From assembly GCA_965197525.1 (NCBI GenBank), contig OZ240211.1:384001-448000 (forward strand): 64,000 bases of DNA, read 5' to 3'. Positions 61,901-64,000 of the stretch are shown here, piece by piece; position 1 is the first letter of the stretch, and each line of letters begins with the position of its first letter. The position numbers and the translations under genes were made by a program. The notes under the pieces are model-generated. The model was given only the letters and a program-made list of their open reading frames with translations, had not been told where the DNA came from and searched no databases. This DNA comes from Nitrosopumilus sp. GTDB taxonomy: Archaea > Thermoproteota > Nitrososphaeria > Nitrososphaerales > Nitrosopumilaceae.

Positions 61901-64000
61901 AGATCAAGGTTGTATGTCCCGTCACTTGATGCAGAGACCGTCACAAAGTACTGGCTGCCAGAACCGGATATGGAGGTTACAGGATTAGCAGCACCCGTGC
62001 TATCAGAAGACAGGACAAAGTCAGACTGGGTTACACCGGTCACTGCCTCACTAAAGGTTACCTCGTAGACTAGTGTCTGGCTGTCAGTAGTTGCAGCAAC
62101 AGGATTGTATCTCTCAATTGATGTGAGTGTTGGTGCTGTGGTATCAGCAGGTACCGTGTTGACCGTGTAGGTGTGGTCTACTCCAGTGGTGGCAGTATCA
62201 GTTAGAGGATTATCTGCAGAATCCTCGATGCCGTGGTTTTGTACAAGATCAAGGTTGTATGTCCCGTCACTTGATGCAGAGACTGTCACAAAGTACTGGC
62301 TGCCAGAACCGGATATGGAGGTTATAGGATTGTGGATGTCAGTGGGATCACCATGATTAATTGTGAGTGTCCAGCTGTTCAGAACGCCGTCATCTGCAGA
62401 CGGATAGTCGTCGTTGATCTTCAGCGTCCATGTTCCCGATATTGAGGTGCCATTAAAGCTTGGTGTGTATGTAGCTACTATGTCGTCTGAACTACCACCT
62501 GAACGGTTGTGTAACGTTTTGGTTGTACCGTCGGGGGCAACCAAATCTACCTTTAGATCACCAATGTATGTATGAGTAATGTTTAGGTTAACTGAAACTG
62601 ATGTAACATTTCCAGAATTAGACACTGCTATAGTATCAGTAACATCTTGAGCACCTGTTATGGCAGTTGATGGTGAGTTGGTCTGAGTGAACTGGCCAGT
62701 ATCTGTGTCAGGACCGCCCGTGCTATCAGAAGACAGGACAAAGTCAGACTGGGTTACACCGGTCACTGCCTCACTAAAGGTTACCTCGTAGACTAGTGTC
62801 TGGCTGTCAGTAGTTGCAGCAGCAGCAGGATTGTATCTCTCAATTGATGTGAGTGTTGGTGCTGTGGTATCAGCAGGTACCGTGTTGACAGTATATGTCT
62901 GGTCTACTCCAGTGGTGGCAGTATCAGTTAGAGGATTATCTGCAGAATCCTCGATGCCGTGGTTTTGTACAAGATCAAGGTTGTATGTCCCGTCACTTGA
63001 TGCAGAGACCGTCACAAAGTACTGGCTGCCAGAACCGGATATGGAGGTTACAGGATTAGCAGCACCCGTGCTATCAGAAGACAGGACAAAGTCAGACTGG
63101 GTTACACCGGTCACTGCCTCACTAAAGGTTACCTCGTAGACTAGTGTCTGGCTGTCAGTAGTTGCAGCAACAGGATTGTATCTCTCAATTGATGTGAGTG
63201 TTGGTGCTGTGGTATCAGCAGGTACCGTGTTGACAGTATATGTCTGGTCTACTCCAGTGGTGGCAGTATCAGTTAGAGGATTATCTGCAGAATCCTCGAT
63301 GCCGTGGTTTTGTACAAGATCAAGGTTGTATGTCCCGTCACTTGATGCAGAGACCGTCACAAAGTACTGGCTGCCAGAACCGGATATGGAGGTTACAGGA
63401 CTGGGAACATCGGTGGTATCACCATAATTAATTGTGAGTGTCCAGCTGTTCAGAACGCCGTCATCTGCAGATGGAAAATTGTCGTTGATCTTCAGCGTCC
63501 ATGTTCCCGATATTGAGGTGCCGTTAAAATTTGGTGTGTATGTAGCAACTATGTCGTCTGAACTACCACCTGAACTGTTGTGTAACGTTTTGGTTGTACC
63601 GTCGGGGGCAACCAAATCTACCTTTAGATCACCAATGTATGTATGAGTAATGTTTAGGTTAACTGAAACTGATGTAACATTTCCAGAATTAGACACTGCT
63701 ATAGTATCAATAATGTCTTGATTACCTGCTATGATAGTTGATGGTGATTCGGTCTGAGTGAACTGGCCAGTACCAGTACCCGGGTCAGAGCCACCCGTGC
63801 TATCAGAAGACAGGACAAAGTCAGACTGGGTTACACCGGTCACTGCCTCACTAAAGGTTACCTCGTAGACTAGTGTCTGGCTGTCAGTAGTTGCAGCAGC
63901 AGCAGGATTGTATCTCTCAATTGATGTGAGTGTTGGTGCTGTGGTATCAGCAGGTACCGTGTTGACCGTGTAGGTGTGGTCTACTCCAGTGGTGGCAGTA
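58918..64000 (-). CDS. Second giant repetitive surface protein (Ig-like repeats with or without inserted P-domain), 3' part; its start lies beyond the window
   Basis: A reading frame of at least 1641 aa that continues to the window edge, built from near-identical 345-bp and 726-732-bp units. Confidence 0.88.
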   Translation of the reverse strand, partial: TATTGVDHTYTVNTVPADTTAPTLTSIERYNPAAAATTDSQTLVYEVTFSEAVTGVTQSDFVLSSDSTGGSDPGTGTGQFTQTESPSTIIAGNQDIIDTIAVSNSGNVTSVSVNLNITHTYIGDLKVDLVAPDGTTKTLHNSSGGSSDDIVATYTPNFNGTSISGTWTLKINDNFPSADDGVLNSWTLTINYGDTTDVPSPVTSISGSGSQYFVTVSASSDGTYNLDLVQNHGIEDSADNPLTDTATTGVDQTYTVNTVPADTTAPTLTSIERYNPVAATTDSQTLVYEVTFSEAVTGVTQSDFVLSSDSTGAANPVTSISGSGSQYFVTVSASSDGTYNLDLVQNHGIEDSADNPLTDTATTGVDQTYTVNTVPADTTAPTLTSIERYNPAAAATTDSQTLVYEVTFSEAVTGVTQSDFVLSSDSTGGPDTDTGQFTQTNSPSTAITGAQDVTDTIAVSNSGNVTSVSVNLNITHTYIGDLKVDLVAPDGTTKTLHNRSGGSSDDIVATYTPSFNGTSISGTWTLKINDDYPSADDGVLNSWTLTINHGDPTDIHNPITSISGSGSQYFVTVSASSDGTYNLDLVQNHGIEDSADNPLTDTATTGVDHTYTVNTVPADTTAPTLTSIERYNPVAATTDSQTLVYEVTFSEAVTGVTQSDFVLSSDSTGAANPVTSISGSGSQYFVTVSASSDGTYNLDLVQNHGIEDSADNPLTDTATTGVDQTYTVNTVPADTTAPTLTSIERYNPAAAATTDSQTLVYEVTFSEAVTGVTQSDFVLSSDSTGGSDPGTGTGQFTQTESPSTIIAGNQDIIDTIAVSNSGNVTSVSVNLNITHTYIGDLKVDLVAPDGTTKTLHNSSGGSSDDIVATYTPNFNGTSISGTWTLKINDNFPSADDGVLNSWTLTINYGDTTDVPSPVTSISGSGSQYFVTVSASSDGTYNLDLVQNHGIEDSADNPLTDTATTGVDQTYTVNTVPADTTAPTLTSIERYNPVAATTDSQTLVYEVTFSEAVTGVTQSDFVLSSDSTGGSDPGTGTGQFTQTESPSTIIAGNQDIIDTIAVSNSGNVTSVSVNLNITHTYIGDLKVDLVAPDGTTKTLHNSSGGSSDDIVATYTPNFNGTSISGTWTLKINDNFPSADDGVLNSWTLTINYGDTTDVPSPVTSISGSGSQYFVTVSASSDGTYNLDLVQNHGIEDSADNPLTDTATTGVDQTYTVNTVPADTTAPTLTSIERYNPVAATTDSQTLVYEVTFSEAVTGVTQSDFVLSSDSTGAANPVTSISGSGSQYFVTVSASSDGTYNLDLVQNHGIEDSADNPLTDTATTGVDHTYTVNTVPADTTAPTLTSIERYNPVAATTDSQTLVYEVTFSEAVTGVTQSEFVLSSDSTGAANPVTSISGSGSQYFVTVSASSDGTYNLDLVQNHGIEDSADNPLTDTATTGVDQTYTVNTVPADTTAPTLTSIERYNPVAATTDSQTLVYEVTFSEAVTGVTQSDFVLSSDSTGGSDPGTGTGQFTQTESPSTIIAGNQDIIDTIAVSNSGNVTSVSVNLNITHTYIGDLKVDLVAPDGTTKTLHNRSGGSSDDIVATYTPNFNGTSISGTWTLKINDNYLYEDYGVLNSWTLTINYGDTTDVPSPVTSISGSGSQYFVTVSASSDGTYNLDLVQNHGIEDSADNPLTDTATTGVDHTYTVNTDNT
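58920..64000. repeat. Mosaic tandem array of short (345 bp) and long (726-732 bp) coding units
   Basis: The anchor recurs at about 59609, 59954, 60299, 61028, 61760, 62105, 62831, 63176 and 63908. Confidence 0.95.

Overview
This 64 kb window comes from a thaumarchaeote (Nitrosopumilaceae). The evidence is ribosomal protein S26e, a CFI-box-CTERM protein, Nitrosopumilus-type hypotheticals, and urease with a Dur3-like urea transporter. Giant repetitive surface proteins, IS relics, long intergenic gaps and many microsatellites suggest a host-associated lineage such as a sponge symbiont (inference). Both ends carry giant minus-strand surface-protein genes built from Ig-like repeats with inserted proprotein-convertase P-domains. 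The left gene also has DUF285/BspA repeats and a 1-bp frameshift. Core genes are trpE...trpGDCBA (split by a 4 kb IS/toxin-antitoxin island), pyrG, NAD kinase, a PfkB kinase, rps26e, a CDP-alcohol phosphatidyltransferase, ureABC with a urea transporter, and dppBC-like permeases. The most striking observation is a mobile-element family defined by about 25-bp terminal inverted repeats starting GGTTCTGT, as in IS6-family ends. Two members (44042-45347 and 51727-53014) carry only an intact TnpB RNA-guided nuclease gene. The second has perfect 25-bp TIRs and a perfect 8-bp target-site duplication (CAATATTA). A third, 237-bp member (34569-34805) carries a small ORF. TnpB normally travels in TIR-less, TSD-less IS200/IS605 or IS607 elements, so these look like TnpB cassettes mobilised in trans by a DDE transposase. 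All family assignments come from motif recognition by eye; no database searches were run.
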